Positions 25,340-38,600 of a stretch of 64,000 nt of DNA are shown in pieces; position 1 is the first letter of the stretch, and every line of letters starts with the position of its first letter. The translations under genes and the position numbers were made by a program. A model generated the notes under the pieces. It did no database searches and had not been told where the DNA came from. It saw nothing but the letters and a program-made list of their open reading frames with translations. The stretch is from positions 94,116,001-94,180,000 of the forward strand of contig NW_026262690.1 in assembly GCF_021869535.1 (NCBI RefSeq), given 5' to 3'. The stretch is from Mytilus californianus. Its lineage: Eukaryota.

Positions 25340-26950
25340 TGACTTTTACACCTGCATTCCTTATCTTAAACTTAAATACCGATTGAAAGATTTAGTCCAA
25401 CTTTTTTAATAAAAAAATGTCCTTTTTAGTTGAAGGTAAAGATAAATCGTACTTTGTGAAAAAAAAAAATAGTCTCTTTGATTCACACAAAAAAATTCTC
25501 TGAAACTGAAATCATCAAGTTGCTTGATTTTATGATTGACAACATATGATACGTTTGTATGACGGTTTTTTTTCAAAATACATTCGGCATCCCTTTGGGA
25601 ACCAACTGCATGCGCTCTTCTTGTCGATTTGTTTCTTAATTCATATGAGACAGCTAGACTTCTTACAGGAGGAAAAATAAAAAGAAGCTAGCATTATCCT
25701 TTAACTTCAAGTTCCGTTAAATAGATGATTTCCTCTCACCAAATTATTAAAAAAAGTTGTTGACTATGTTGTACTCGTCTATTTCACGAACTTAAAATAA
25801 AGGATATCACAATTATAGTTAAGTTTACTTCATTTCTTGACTTACATCAAAATATTCAGAATGAGTGTCGCTTGAGAATAAAACTTTAAAACAAATGAGA
25901 TAATTTCAGCTGTCAAGATTGTGAACTTCCCATTTCTAAGTAGCAACATTCCAGCAGCGCCTGCATATGAAATATATCTCTCAGTTTATGCAATATTCCA
26001 AAGTTTGCGTTTTCTATCATGATTTACTTGGTAGAGGGTTACTGCTAACAAACTAGATGCTCTAAAGAGCCTGTATCGCTCACCTTGGTCTATATGAATA
26101 TTCAACAAAGGACACTCTCCAACATTGTAGATAAAAATAGAGTTCATAACAAAAAATTCTCTGTTTTGTAATGCTGATTATTTAGTCTGTTTAGTTTCTC
26201 TCTATCTTCTTTTTTTTCTCAAACACAAAAGAGGGTTAAAAAAAAATCCTCATTTAAGGGCAATCACTCCAATAAAGAGTGACAGTCTACTAACTTTGTC
26301 TGCAACATTTTACTTGTTAGTCGATCTTGTCTTGCTGATATTTTTTGCTTACTTTAGTTTCTATATATCTATTATAATTTTAAGGAAATAAGGCAAAAGC
26401 GCAAAAAATTGGTAAAAAATCATCAAAAGGCAAAAACTTTATTAAGGAGTCGACTAACGATTTCAACCATTAGACTTTTTACATTTTTGCAATTTTAAGT
26501 TTCCTTGTATCTACACAGTTTTCAAGATAATAGGTAAAAATGAGAAAAATGGTAAAATTTGTCATTTTAGGGCAATAACTCCTATAAGAAGTCATCGGAC
26601 AGTTTCGACATATATGAACAATTGGTAGAGCTCATGAGTCATTCTGAAGATTTCTGCTCTTGTCAGACGGACGACGATGGACGACGGACGCCAAGTGATG
26701 ACAAAAGCTCACTTGGCTCAGGTGAGCTAAAAAATAAGGATTCCGAGTATTAAGTTAAATTCATCCCTTAAAAGTTTTAAGGGAGCTATTGTGAGTTGGT
26801 CGACCATTATGGAATATCACTCACAGATGACCACCGAAACGTTCCAATTTAATGTAGCGTTGTGAAGACTGTTGTTAGTCTTTTTGATTTTGCTGGTCTC
26901 TCTTTGACTTGTGAGTTCTGATTTTTCTCTTTGGTATCTTCCGCCTCTTC
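25340..26950 (+). mobile_element. Decayed Penelope-like RT interrupted by a HINE
   Basis: Co-linear with 51400-52100 (GGCATCCCTTTGGGAACCAACTG, AAGCTAGCATTATCCTTTAACTTCA, AACATTCCAGCAGCGCCTGCATAT). RT homology stops near 26049 and resumes near 26734. Confidence 0.7.
26050..26733 (+). mobile_element. HINE/pearl-like element nested in a retroelement
   Basis: Starts AACTAGATGCTCTAAAGAGCC. Ends with a GACG microsatellite and terminal hairpin AGCTCAC...GTGAGCT (26706-26728) plus an A-run. Confidence 0.75.
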
Positions 26951-27639
26951 TTTAATATAATAAACATAATGTGAATGGCTCAAATAATTTTACTAGTTTT
27001 GCAATAACAGGGGCCAAATAATCACACTTTTCATACCTCATCCTTTTGTTCTTTAATTTTGTTATGTCTACCTGATCTTATTTACAATACTTTGTTACTT
27101 TGTGACACATATTTCCGTTACATTAGTTTCCCTTGAAATTGCACTTCTGCTTTCAGACATTTTTTTTTAATTTCCCAACGAAAAACATAAAGATCAACAA
27201 TACATTTAGATACTAGTATTCCAAGGAAACATTTGAAAGTCAGTTCAAAACATATGGATATCTAAACGAAACCTGTTACATTATACAAGGAATAAAATAT
27301 ACCGGATCATACAAAGCAGGTGAAAATTATCCAAAACGTTTAGATGTTAGGAACTAGCACTCGAAAGTCAATAAACTATTTCTATCTCAAACAAAACACT
27401 GGATGAAATTCAACAAAACATCTATATTTTTAAACAAAACAAGTGAGCGTCAATCTACGTGAGATTAACAATCTTCTTTTAATACATATTTAAACAAAAC
27501 ACACAACAGTGGTAGGCCACTTAACCCAGACAAGAACTTAAACTACGTTAATGAAACTTACAATCATAGCAAAATCCTGGACAACCAAGTATGATATGAA
27601 TAAAAGGAGATGAGACAAACCCAACGGGAATAGGATACA

Positions 27640-28010
27640 ATCGGTAAAATCACAAATTAGACAGCAGTTTTTGTGCAAGAAGAACACTCCTGGTAATGAA
27701 GTCTGTAAAGTGTGAACATGTACGAGCGTAACGAATTAACTGAGATATGTAAACGCCATACAATGGAGAGAAGAAGATGGTATGTTACTGCTGAGAAATG
27801 GAAAGTTATCAATTGGAAAATTGAAATCATCACTTTAGATTCTAGTTTGAAGTGCACCTGTGTCAATATCGAGAAGCATATCAAGATATAAAAGTATATC
27901 AAAGTATATCATCTCCTTTTGGTAGCATCCTCAATTTCAAGTTCACTGGGATATTTGAGATGTAAGCGCCCATTAAAATGTGGGTTATTGAGTGGCAGAA
28001 CATCATAAAC
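27640..28010 (-). mobile_element. Penelope-like RT fragment, degenerate
   Basis: Shares GAGATATGTAAACGCCATAC with 9701-9720. Minus frames include FNGRL..YPSELEIED and NFPFLSSNI. Confidence 0.6.
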
Positions 28011-29099
28011 ATATCTGAAAGTAAAATTAAAAAACTTTGCAAGATGCTCTTTTCTTTTTGTTTTTTGAAAATTATGTAGAATTGGTTAGCAAGGAAAAGT
28101 GGACAGGATTGTTAATACACGTACTACAGCAAATAGAAGATATCCATGGTCATCTTTGACACAGATATTGTATAATGAGTAAGCAAGTCATGATAGTTTT
28201 CGAAAAAATGACATCAAATTACCATGAAAAATCCTTATTTCAATACTAGTAGCTTCCTAGTAATCAACAGATCTGCATCATGGAAATTCTGATATGAAAT
28301 AGATGCTCTGATCAACTGATGGATGCCAACATGTACTTTATGTGGGATTTTTTTAAAAGATGAATGCTAACTTCTTAAGAGAGAAATATTTTTTTATAAA
28401 AGGACAAACTGATTTAAAGTCCATCATTCTGGAATAAGTCAATGTATTATTTAGCTTAATAATTGACATTTTAGATTAAAATTTTAAAGTGTTTTTTTGA
28501 TGAAATGAATGAAAAAAAGACAAATAGAAAAATATCGTGACTCCTCCATTGCTGTGATATATTTTATAGCGGGACTAGATAAATGTTAGTATAAGTTTTG
28601 CTGAATCAGGCATTCACAACCCATAAATTTCTTAATCTTTAAATTTCCAAATTATAATTATCAACCAGATATCATTTATCAGATAATTTATTTATAAATT
28701 GATACTCAATCATGTGGCAAACAAAAGCTATTCTGTTCAAAACACACAGAAATAATGATAATAAATATTGAAAAAAGGTAAAAAGTACAATCTGACTAAA
28801 AACAAATTCAGATCCATTGAAAACATTAAAAACATGATTCAGAATAGACTGATTTTAAAATAAATGGTAAATTCAACACCCTGCTTATAAATTAATCTCC
28901 CTTCCACCATTAAATGCAATAGTCTTACAAAATTTAGTACCATCAGCAATAAACTGCTGTCATTCAAAATAGTTTAATTTAAATAAAGTCTATGAGGGAA
29001 TCAAACATTCAAAGCAAACATTTCTCAACACTTTGATGATTTTTTATAGATATATATGAATGTTTTGATAATGGTTTAGATATGCATTGGATTCATCAA

Positions 29100-29565
29100 A
29101 TTTGTATCTAATGAGTAAATAAAATGTATTATTATACTTCATGTCAAAATGCCAGATTTTGATTGGTTAATACGAGGGAGACAATTTACTCTATTCTATG
29201 GTAAATACTCTATTACCCTTCACGGAGACGCTTGATCAAGTGTGCGCTTTATTAAATACGACTCTATCCTATGGCAAATACTCTATTACCCTTCACGGAG
29301 ACACTTGATTAAGTGTGCGCTTTATTAAATAAGGATGGTTGTTATGTACAAGACGTCATAGTTTATTACTTTGAATTTGAAATTTAATCGACAGTAATAA
29401 CAGAACATTCAGTATAATAAATTAAATAACACATATCTGAGAGGGTGATAGAGCAGATTGTTATCCCTCGAAAAGACATTGTCAACCTTGGCTTCGCCTC
29501 AGTTGACAATGTTTTCTCGGGGTAACAATCTGCTCTATCACCCTCTCAGCTATGTGTTATTTATA
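29100..29565. mobile_element. Non-autonomous DNA element ending in a ~139-bp palindrome
   Basis: Inverted arms 29424-29486 / 29502-29562 around a GGCTTCGCC hairpin. Internal 73-bp direct duplication at 29188 and 29261. Confidence 0.65.
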
Positions 29566-30445
29566 TAATGTTGCATCACAGATAGATAAAATGGAAGATA
29601 AAGTGAATACGAAAAGTTGATATCATGGGGTAATCAAATATTACAAATAATAGGACAGTCATCACTTTAACCAAAAGAATGATAAAAAAAATGAAAAGTC
29701 CTTAATCACAAGCTTTCTGATTTAATCCCAATCTTTGTCAGCTCCCTTAATGACTGTCAAAACATAGAAGGGTTAATCATATTCAAATGAGCTCAAACAA
29801 TCAAAACAGAATACTATTTAGGAAATTCATTGAAGATTAGAATCACTTTTTTACATTTTAGTTTTGTGTTAAAATAAATAATGACACAAACTTGCAGAAC
29901 TTATAATTACAAAACTTTGTTAGCCAATAATGACTGTTACTGCATGTTCCGTTTGACTAAAAAAATTAGTTTTTTACAGTGTGTTTCTAAATATAAACTT
30001 ATAAATTATATGAAAAACTCAAATGAAGCATAAAAAATTCATAATTTTGAAGCAATAGTATTCAATAGTAAAATGACTTCATCTTTGTTAGTGCTAAGAT
30101 CATTTTCAAAATAAAGTCTATTATCAAAAATTATTGGGGTCAATTTAAATATCACATAGAAAAACTGTAAAGATTATAGCCTTATAGCCCTATAGTCTAA
30201 ATAATTATTTATTGATAACCTTTGCCAGTCCAGAATACCTATCTATTCATCATGTTCATATAAATTATAATATCCAATTCGTTATATTTTACTGTAAGAA
30301 AATAAATCAAACTTTATTTTATTTCAATATGCTATGTAGCTGAAGATTCTTTCCTATTGAATCTTTATAGTAATCATTGAGGTCTTGTGTGATGAGCTAT
30401 TTTTTCTATTTTTATTGTTTATAATACATTTTTTAGAATTCACCA

Positions 30446-31350
30446 AAAACAAGGAAAAATAAAGTTAGAGAACGGAAATGAAAAATTCAGCAATTTTTAT
30501 GTTTATAAAGGGACACAACTCAAGAATGGTAAAAGTGTTGCCACCAAATTTCGTACTTAATCTGTATTATGTAGTAATAAGCATTGTGTATAAGTTTCAT
30601 ATCATTTGGTTGAGGCACTAAAGTTAGAAAACAGAAACAAAAAATTTGTACTTGATCTTAGTTTTGTGGTAATGAATATTGTGTATAGGTTTCATAATGT
30701 TTGGTTGGGGCAAACTTAAGTTACAGAATGGAAACTAAAAATTTTGCAATCTTTCGAGTTATAAAGGGGCATAACTCAATAATGGTTAAAGTGACACTAC
30801 CCAAATTCAACTTGATCTGTGTTTTATCAGTGGAAGTCAAAATTAAACATTGCATTGTATAAAGCATTGAATGTAGTTGATTCAATTATAATCATGGATA
30901 AGGAAGATAACTCCAATTTTAATAAAAATTACTTGATATTTAGAAGAAAATAAAAATTTTGCAATTTTTCAATTTATAAAGAGGCATAACTCTAGAATGG
31001 TTAAAGTGACGTCACCAAAATTCAAACTTGATCTGTGTTTTGTGGCAATAGGCATTGTGTATAGGTTTCATAACATTTGGTTGAGGCAAACTAAAGTTGG
31101 AGAACGGAAACGATTTTTTCCATTTGTAAAGGGGCATAACTCAAGAACTGTTAAAGTGACGCCACCAAAATTCAAACCGGATCTGTGTTTTGTGGTAATA
31201 AGCATTGTGTATAAGTTTCATAACATTTGGTTGAGGCAAACTAAAGTTAGAGAACGGAAACCAATTTTGGGACGTTGGTATGTACGTACGTACGTACAGA
31301 CGGACAAGGGTAAAACTTAATGCCCCCTCCGCTACGGTGGGGGCATAAAA
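30446..31350 (+). mobile_element. HINE/pearl-like element with ~150-bp tandem core
   Basis: Starts AACAAGG. 150-bp period (GGCATAAC ending 30990 and 31140), (GTAC)n microsatellite, terminal hairpin ATGCCCCC/GGGGGCAT (31320-31346) plus an A-run. Confidence 0.75.
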
Positions 31351-31903
31351 ATTTCTTGTACAATATATAATTGTGCAATTAATATGAAAATTGTCCACTG
31401 GCATTCCAAAAAAATTTGCAGGGTTTTGCCCTAAATATTTATACAAATACTTGATTAATAAAAAAAAGACTGACTCTGTCAGATAATAATATATTTCTAA
31501 CGTGAATGAAAAGATATTTTTTCAGTTGATTTTTTTTAATTCTAAGAAATAAATATAAAAACAATTTTTCTATCAACTGGATATATAATAAAACAAAAAA
31601 ATATTAAAAGGCAGTCATTGTGCTCTTATAAGGTGTATCATATGGTCCCACTGACTAGATAACCAGAGAAAATGCTGATTCTCTTAAAATTTGATTTTAT
31701 AAATGCAAGTCTTTTGACTAAAATTAATTGTAAAACAATACTAACTGTAAAAAAGACAAATAAGACATATTCTTGGAATATTTCAATAAAAACTTAACAA
31801 TAAACTGTCAATTGATATCATTAAATTAGAAACTTGCGTAAAGTTTAATATAACAAATAAAAAAATAAAATTGCAAAATACACAAGGCAAGCAACAAGCC
31901 ACC

Positions 31904-32190
31904 ACTGCAGAACCATGAATTTACTCTCTATATTTCTATTTGATCATTTTTGTTTGTTTTTGTGTATGGTTGTACAAAATTAAATAAAATATGGTACATG
32001 AAAATATGTCCATGAAAAATTGGTTCTTTGGTGACATTTACCATAAATACAAATCACTGTTTGTCATGTTACATGATGTTTAACTTGAGTAGAACATCAA
32101 GAAATAAATAAGCATGTGGAAATTTAAGATCTGGATACTTCATCTGTAGGCTTAGTTGTATTTATGAGTTTCAATCCATGGTTCTGCAGT
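31904..32190. mobile_element. Putative MITE
   Basis: 14-bp perfect inverted repeat ACTGCAGAACCATG (31904-31917) / CATGGTTCTGCAGT (32177-32190). TSD not clean. Confidence 0.45.
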
Positions 32191-35100
32191 AATCATGTAT
32201 ACACGTCATAGGCACTTTATAATGTATATAATAAATATGAATGTATATTTTACAATAAGAATGTATATTTAACAATATGATTATATGAATAACTAATAAA
32301 TAATATAAAATATAAACAAGAAAAATATTTGCAAATATATCACAATTGTGCGTAATATTGTTTACATTTAACTAGCATATGTATAATATATAATGCATAT
32401 TAAATATATCACTCATCATCAAATAATGGTCAGCATCAAACAGGTTCATGTATCAATAGAGTTCCCTAAAGATATTTCCATGAAAACTGAAAGTAAGGGA
32501 GAATACTACCCATAATGCATATGCATTGATGGTTATAGGTTCAAAAAATTTCTTGGAAAGTAAATTCCCTATTAATTACACATCAGTTTTCCTGGAATAC
32601 CCCTTTTACTCCATTTGATGTAAATCATCATATTTATTTAGATTTATCATTGGCTAAGAACTTACCCAAGTGATACTAATCAAAACAGTGTGTTCTAATA
32701 GCATTACCCTTCTTCAAATCTAAAACCATTGAAATCCACTATATCATATTTTTCAACAGTGAATGAAATATCCACATTAAAAATTATCATACTTTGTCAA
32801 ATTTCATCACAACTTGATAGGTGATTGATTGATTGATTGATTGTTGGTTGGTTGCTTAATGTCCAGTGGCAAATATTTCATGTATGTTCAGGACGAGATA
32901 GGGGATTGAAGCAAATAAAACTGCTGATGTTAATAAATTCTTTGTATATGTTCATGCTGTTTAAAATCCCTTATTTAAAACAAAAAGCTTAAAATGCAAT
33001 TAAATGTTGCTCCATAAAAATCACAAATTGTACCCAATGAAGGCAGTTTGAAAATAGAGTAACCACCTTAAGAGGCAACTTAAGATTTCATTTACAATTT
33101 CAATGTAACAAAGAGTATTTTGACACCTGCCCTTAGTTGATATTTCAAAGTGCCTATCCTGAGCCCCCTGTATGTTTTTTTATGGAACAGTCATTAATAA
33201 TCTCTTAAATAACATCATTCGTTAGGGTTTAATAATGACACAATTGTTAAAACTTGGTTCTTGCTTTTTAAAAATATCAAAAATCTGTTACTGCTGTTCT
33301 CTATGGTCAATACGGAAAACTAAAATTTCTCCAATATTTCATTTTCAGCAATGACAAAGGAATTATTTGAAGATATACATAAGTATGAAGATTCATATAC
33401 CCTCAGAAAAAAGGGTGGTCGGAAGGTGCCTTCAGGAAACACAAATTTTCAGTTCACATCTTCCTTATGCAAAGGAAAACAATGAATAACTAACATCTGT
33501 AATTAACTGTACATAACCTATATTAAATCTTAATGCAACAGAATATAAAATAGGAAACTTTTTAAGAATAAGGATAAACAGAAGTGTTTAACATTAAAGA
33601 ATTTAAAAAAAAATTAATATCCACATATTCTGAAAACTTTGAACTTTGCGTAGGCACTTATCAAGATGCACAAAAAATTATATTTTAAGACATGACATCA
33701 CTAATCAGAATGGATAACTTTCATATCCCCTGGTTACCCTAAATCCTGAATGGACAAAATTTAACTTTCATGGTACTTATCTGAAAACTATATATTATTG
33801 CCATTAAATTGTAACTAGTTGTACATATAAAATTAATATAAAGTGATAAAATATTCATCTGCTCAACAAGAAAATTTATGAAATAAGTATAATGAGTCTA
33901 TGTAAAAAACAAGACTTTTTGTTAAAAAAAACAACCCACAAACACAAAAAAGCACAAAATACCCCAAAAAGGAAAAATAAAGCCAGATTAAACAGTCATG
34001 GATGTTACTAATACTGAAATTATTGATTATAGATATGTAAGAATAATAACATTCAAGCATTTTATATAATTAAGTTTTGAACACTTTTTTACACAGAAAA
34101 ACGATCATATAATATATATCCACTTCATTTTTGATCACATAAAAAAATGAAGTTTATCAAAAATGAAATGCTGTTAACGGCACATACTCATACAACTGCT
34201 AAAGCAGCAAAAATACAAGTATGGTTAAAAATGTGATAATTTTTGTACACAATATTAAATATTAATCTACAGATTCCTTTTGATCAAACAAGCATTTAAT
34301 GAAGAAAAAAATTAGCAGATGACTTAAGTATTTTTATCAATAAGAGTTTTTTTTATTATTATTACCGCCATAGGTGTTATCAACAACATTGTTAATTTTA
34401 AGCTACTGTGAAATGGAAAGCATTAAAATAAAGCAATCAACTTAAAGTGTAGGGAGATTTTTTTTTATAAATCACAATTTCCTTGTCCCTGTATCCTTAT
34501 AACACTGGCCATATCATGGGAATTTTCATTAATATACAAAAATCTTTTTCGTAGATATATAGCAATCCTACCCTTTAGTAATGCTCCCCTTTTAGTAAAT
34601 AAAGACTAGTCTCAGAATAATGACATTCTTATACATATACTCCAATAATGTTTTACAGAGGGTCTGGTAAAAATATGAATATAATTGTAATCAATACATT
34701 ATCATATGATTTTGATTTGAATAGAGATCTATACCTATACGGATAATTTATGATAATTTTACTCATTTTACATGAATAAATTATACATAGGTAAAAAAAA
34801 AAAATTCTTTATATCTGGACAGCTATCTTTTTCTAGATGTAATTACATTTCACTTGCTTAAATTTTATTTAATTCAAAAAATTAATATAAGTTTGGACCA
34901 TTATTTTCATATTTGTAATTTCAACATCCAAAATCTAGTCCTAACTTACATCTAATAATCTTTCTTAATCAACTTTTTTTTAACGTTTTAACAATAATTT
35001 AAATAAAGCCAACTTTTATTCCTTGTTTTACCCAAAATACTGCAACAGTAAAGTTCTTTATCCCCTGACCAAACTTGGTCTGTCTTTTTGTGTCTTTTTA

Positions 35101-35442
35101 ATTTGAGTATTATATATAAAAAAAAAATGGTATAAGGCAAGAACACACAATGAATATTTGGTTTTAAGAGACTGATTGTTAGTAGCAGAATCAAAATATG
35201 GATTTCAATGAATTTAAATAATCTATGACTTTTTAATTATGATTAATCAATTCATTCAAAAAACTTAACAAAACACAGCCTCTAAGAAAACAAGTAAATG
35301 GAATGACATAAAATAACAGTTATTTCAATATCTGGTTTTTCATTCAAAATTATTATTTTGTTATGATTTTACTTCAAACAGTCTTTAAGCAATTATCAAT
35401 ATCCTCTGTCAGAAACATTCTGTATTGAGCCAATGTTATTTT

Positions 35443-35601
35443 TCAGCAGCACCTCTTACGTCCACCACCAGATAGGAGCTGTGATGAATCAGAATGACTA
35501 TCAAAGTGAGAAGAATCTTCATCTAAACTTATACTGGATCTAGTCTCAGCTGCTTGCTGTTCTTGTGATTCTATGATGTCTGTACACATATCTAGAAATG
35601 C
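35443..35601 (-). CDS. RAB15: Rab15-like exon 7 (AFLDMCTDII...GGGRKRCC*)
   Basis: TTTTACAG acceptor. Ends in a di-cysteine prenylation motif and TGA. Confidence 0.88.
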   Translation of the reverse strand, partial: AFLDMCTDIIESQEQQAAETRSSISLDEDSSHFDSHSDSSQLLSGGGRKRCC

Positions 35602-38600
35602 CTGTAAAACAATATAAATATATTTTATCAGCGTATTCATCGTGCAATGCAACATGCTAGCAAACCATAACACAGTGGACCCATAAAGCATAATTTAGAG
35701 GGCAACATAAAATCTTCAATAATAGACCGACCGTCTCTAAATATGACCAGCTCTAAGTTGCCTAGCCGTTATAGAAGTCATGAATTCAGTTAATAACAAG
35801 TAAAACTGTGAGCTACTGCTCACTGATGATACCCCTGCCGAAATATTTCGGTAAAACAGGAAGTTGTTGAGTGATGAATCTGAAAACGCATCACACGGTA
35901 TAGCTGACTTATATAAACCCTGAAACCAAATTTCAGAAATCCTTGTCAAGTAGTTCCTGAGAAAAATGTGACGAAAATTTTCAACTTGGCTATCATGTGT
36001 AAAATAATACAAGTGTTGGGTAAACAGGAAGTTGTTCAGTGAATCTGAAAACGCATCACACGGTGTAACTTACTTATATAAACCCTGAAACCAAATTTCA
36101 GAAATCCTTGTCAAGCAGTTCCTGAGAAAAATGTGACGAAAATTTTCAACTTGGCTATCATGTGTAAAATAATACAAGTGTTTGGTAAACAGGAAGTTGT
36201 TGAGCGATGAATCTGAAAACGCATCACACGGTGTAACTTACTTATATTAACCCTGAAACCAAATTTCAGAAATCCTTGTCATGTAGTTCCTGAGAAAAAT
36301 GTTACAAAAATTTTCAACTTGGCTATCATGTGTAAAATAATACAAGTGTTCGGTAAACAGGAAGTTGTTGAGCGATGAATCTGAAAACGCATCACACGGT
36401 GTAACTTACTTATATAAACCCTGAAACCAAATTTCAGAAATCCTTGTCAAGTAGTTCCTGAGAAAAATGTTACAAAAATTTTCAACTTGGCTATCATGTG
36501 TAAAATAATACAAGTGTTCGGTAAACAGGAAGTTGTTGAGTGATGAATCTGAAAACGCATCACACGGTGTAACTTACTTATATAAACCCTGAAACCAAAT
36601 TTCAGAAATCCTTGTCAAGCAGTTCCTGAGAAAAATGTGACGAAAATATTCATGGGACGGACAGATGGACTGACGGAAGGACAGACAGAGGTAAAACAGT
36701 ATACTCCCCCCCTTTTTTAAAGCGGGGGTATAATAAACTACAAAGGTTTGTCATAAACACCAAAAACTCCAAAAAGGACGAAATATTAAGATTTTATCAC
36801 AGGTAACCACTTATGAGGTTCCAGACGTAGAACAGGCATTTTTCATATGTGTATTTAGAGATAACTATTATGATTGATGAAATCTTAATCTACCACAAAT
36901 TCTAGCTAGTTGGAAATAAAATAAACTATTTTGAGTTCTATAAAATCTAATCTCTAATCTTATACTGAAAACTAAAGTATATAAACACAGATTTCAAAAT
37001 ATATAGGACCGAGACATTGAATATTTTACTTTATGTTGCAAGTCCAATGGACCTGAAAAATATTCATTTCATTTAAATAACTAGAAGTTCTATGGAAAGT
37101 AAGATTTTTAAATGAAACATAATTTGGTAGGGTACAATGTGATGCAAGAGTTTTTTCTTGTGGTATTATATTTCTGCTAATTGCATCAAAAGAGAATGTT
37201 TAGTAAAATATATTCTAAACATTACTCCTGCCAATTCTAGCTTATGTGGAAATACATTTGTAACCTAACTGACATCTGTCAACTTAGTTTTAGAGAATAG
37301 GATGGAAAATGATTTATCATTATTTCTCTAATTCTTCGTCAATTTATCCCTTTCTGCGCCCATTGTATAAAAAAAATTTAATCAACGTGTGTGGTTCGTT
37401 TGATCTCAGTTCTTCATTGGTTAAAATCCGATTATGACGTCGAATTTTCTTGCTTTCCTCTGAATTTCCTATTGTGACGGCATGAAAAAAGGCGACCATG
37501 CCTGATGACGTCACATAGAAAGAACACATCTTTTTGCAGATCATTCGAAAAGAAAGAATAAATTTGCCTGTGTATTGTTTGAAAATCATTAGAGAAACAG
37601 ATTCCACCACCAAATCTCGTGTAATACGATATTTGTCCACTCTCGACAGTTAAATTTTAAATATTTAAAACGCTCGGCGAGCCTTGCGTTTTAAATTTGA
37701 AAATTTAACTGTCTTGAGTGGATAAATATCGTATCACACTCGATGCAGTGGTAGAATCTATATGTATCAAATGCTGCAATATTTACCATCTGATCAGTGC
37801 CAAATGTGCAAGCAATATTAAGTTTTTTGTAAACCATCCCTTGGTAGATGAATTTGCTTTGCAAGGGGTATTAAATTGGCTTGAATGATTCTTGACTTTA
37901 TAAATTATTTTCAAATTGAAAAGATAATGATTTGTATTTTCAGAGAGTTAGAAATTTGAAAACTGACTTTCTTCCACTTCATTTCACATCTCCTTATCTT
38001 TATACAAATGTATTGCATTTGACTGCAAAGTGGTTTTTTTTAATTGGTCTGAGTGAAAAAATTACTGTAGATAAAAGAGTCTGACTTACTAGTCCATACT
38101 ACAGAGTATTTTCAGAAAAGAGGATGAAAATTTGGTTCATTTGAAACCTTTATTGCATTATTGAAATTCTGTTTGCAGAATGGCCTATCAAAATTGGTGG
38201 CTATGTTTTCACCAAAAAAGAACAAAAAGAGTAATTTCTTTAAATGACCTACCATATATTATTCTTTCCAAGGTTAGTTCAGGTAGAAAATCAGCTTAAG
38301 AGGCAAAATTACAAATAGGAAATATGTTTATAGACCCATTGGTGGCCTTGGGCTGTTTTCTGCTCTTTGGTCGGGTTGTTGTCTCTATGACACATTCCCC
38401 ATTTCCATTCTCAATTTAATTGGATGAATAAATGCCAAACAACAATAATACAGATAGATTTGCAGATGGGCTAAAACTACATGCAAACTTATCTGTATTA
38501 CTTTCTTACCTTCTCTAGATTGTTACTATTTTTAGCACTGGTTTCACTGAACATTATCCCATGGTCTTTGGCAAACTGAAAAAAAAAGAATAAAAATCAT

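Noticed and set aside
30997-31320. 107-aa ORF with a 50-aa internal repeat (also 23628..23915, 35737..36012, 37344..37640)
   Set aside because: These are by-products of satellite cores or non-autonomous element sequence.
37502-37545. Hammerhead-like CTGATGA...GAAA (also 35823-35850)
   Set aside because: No pairing for helix II or I. Both lie inside DNA-transposon bodies.
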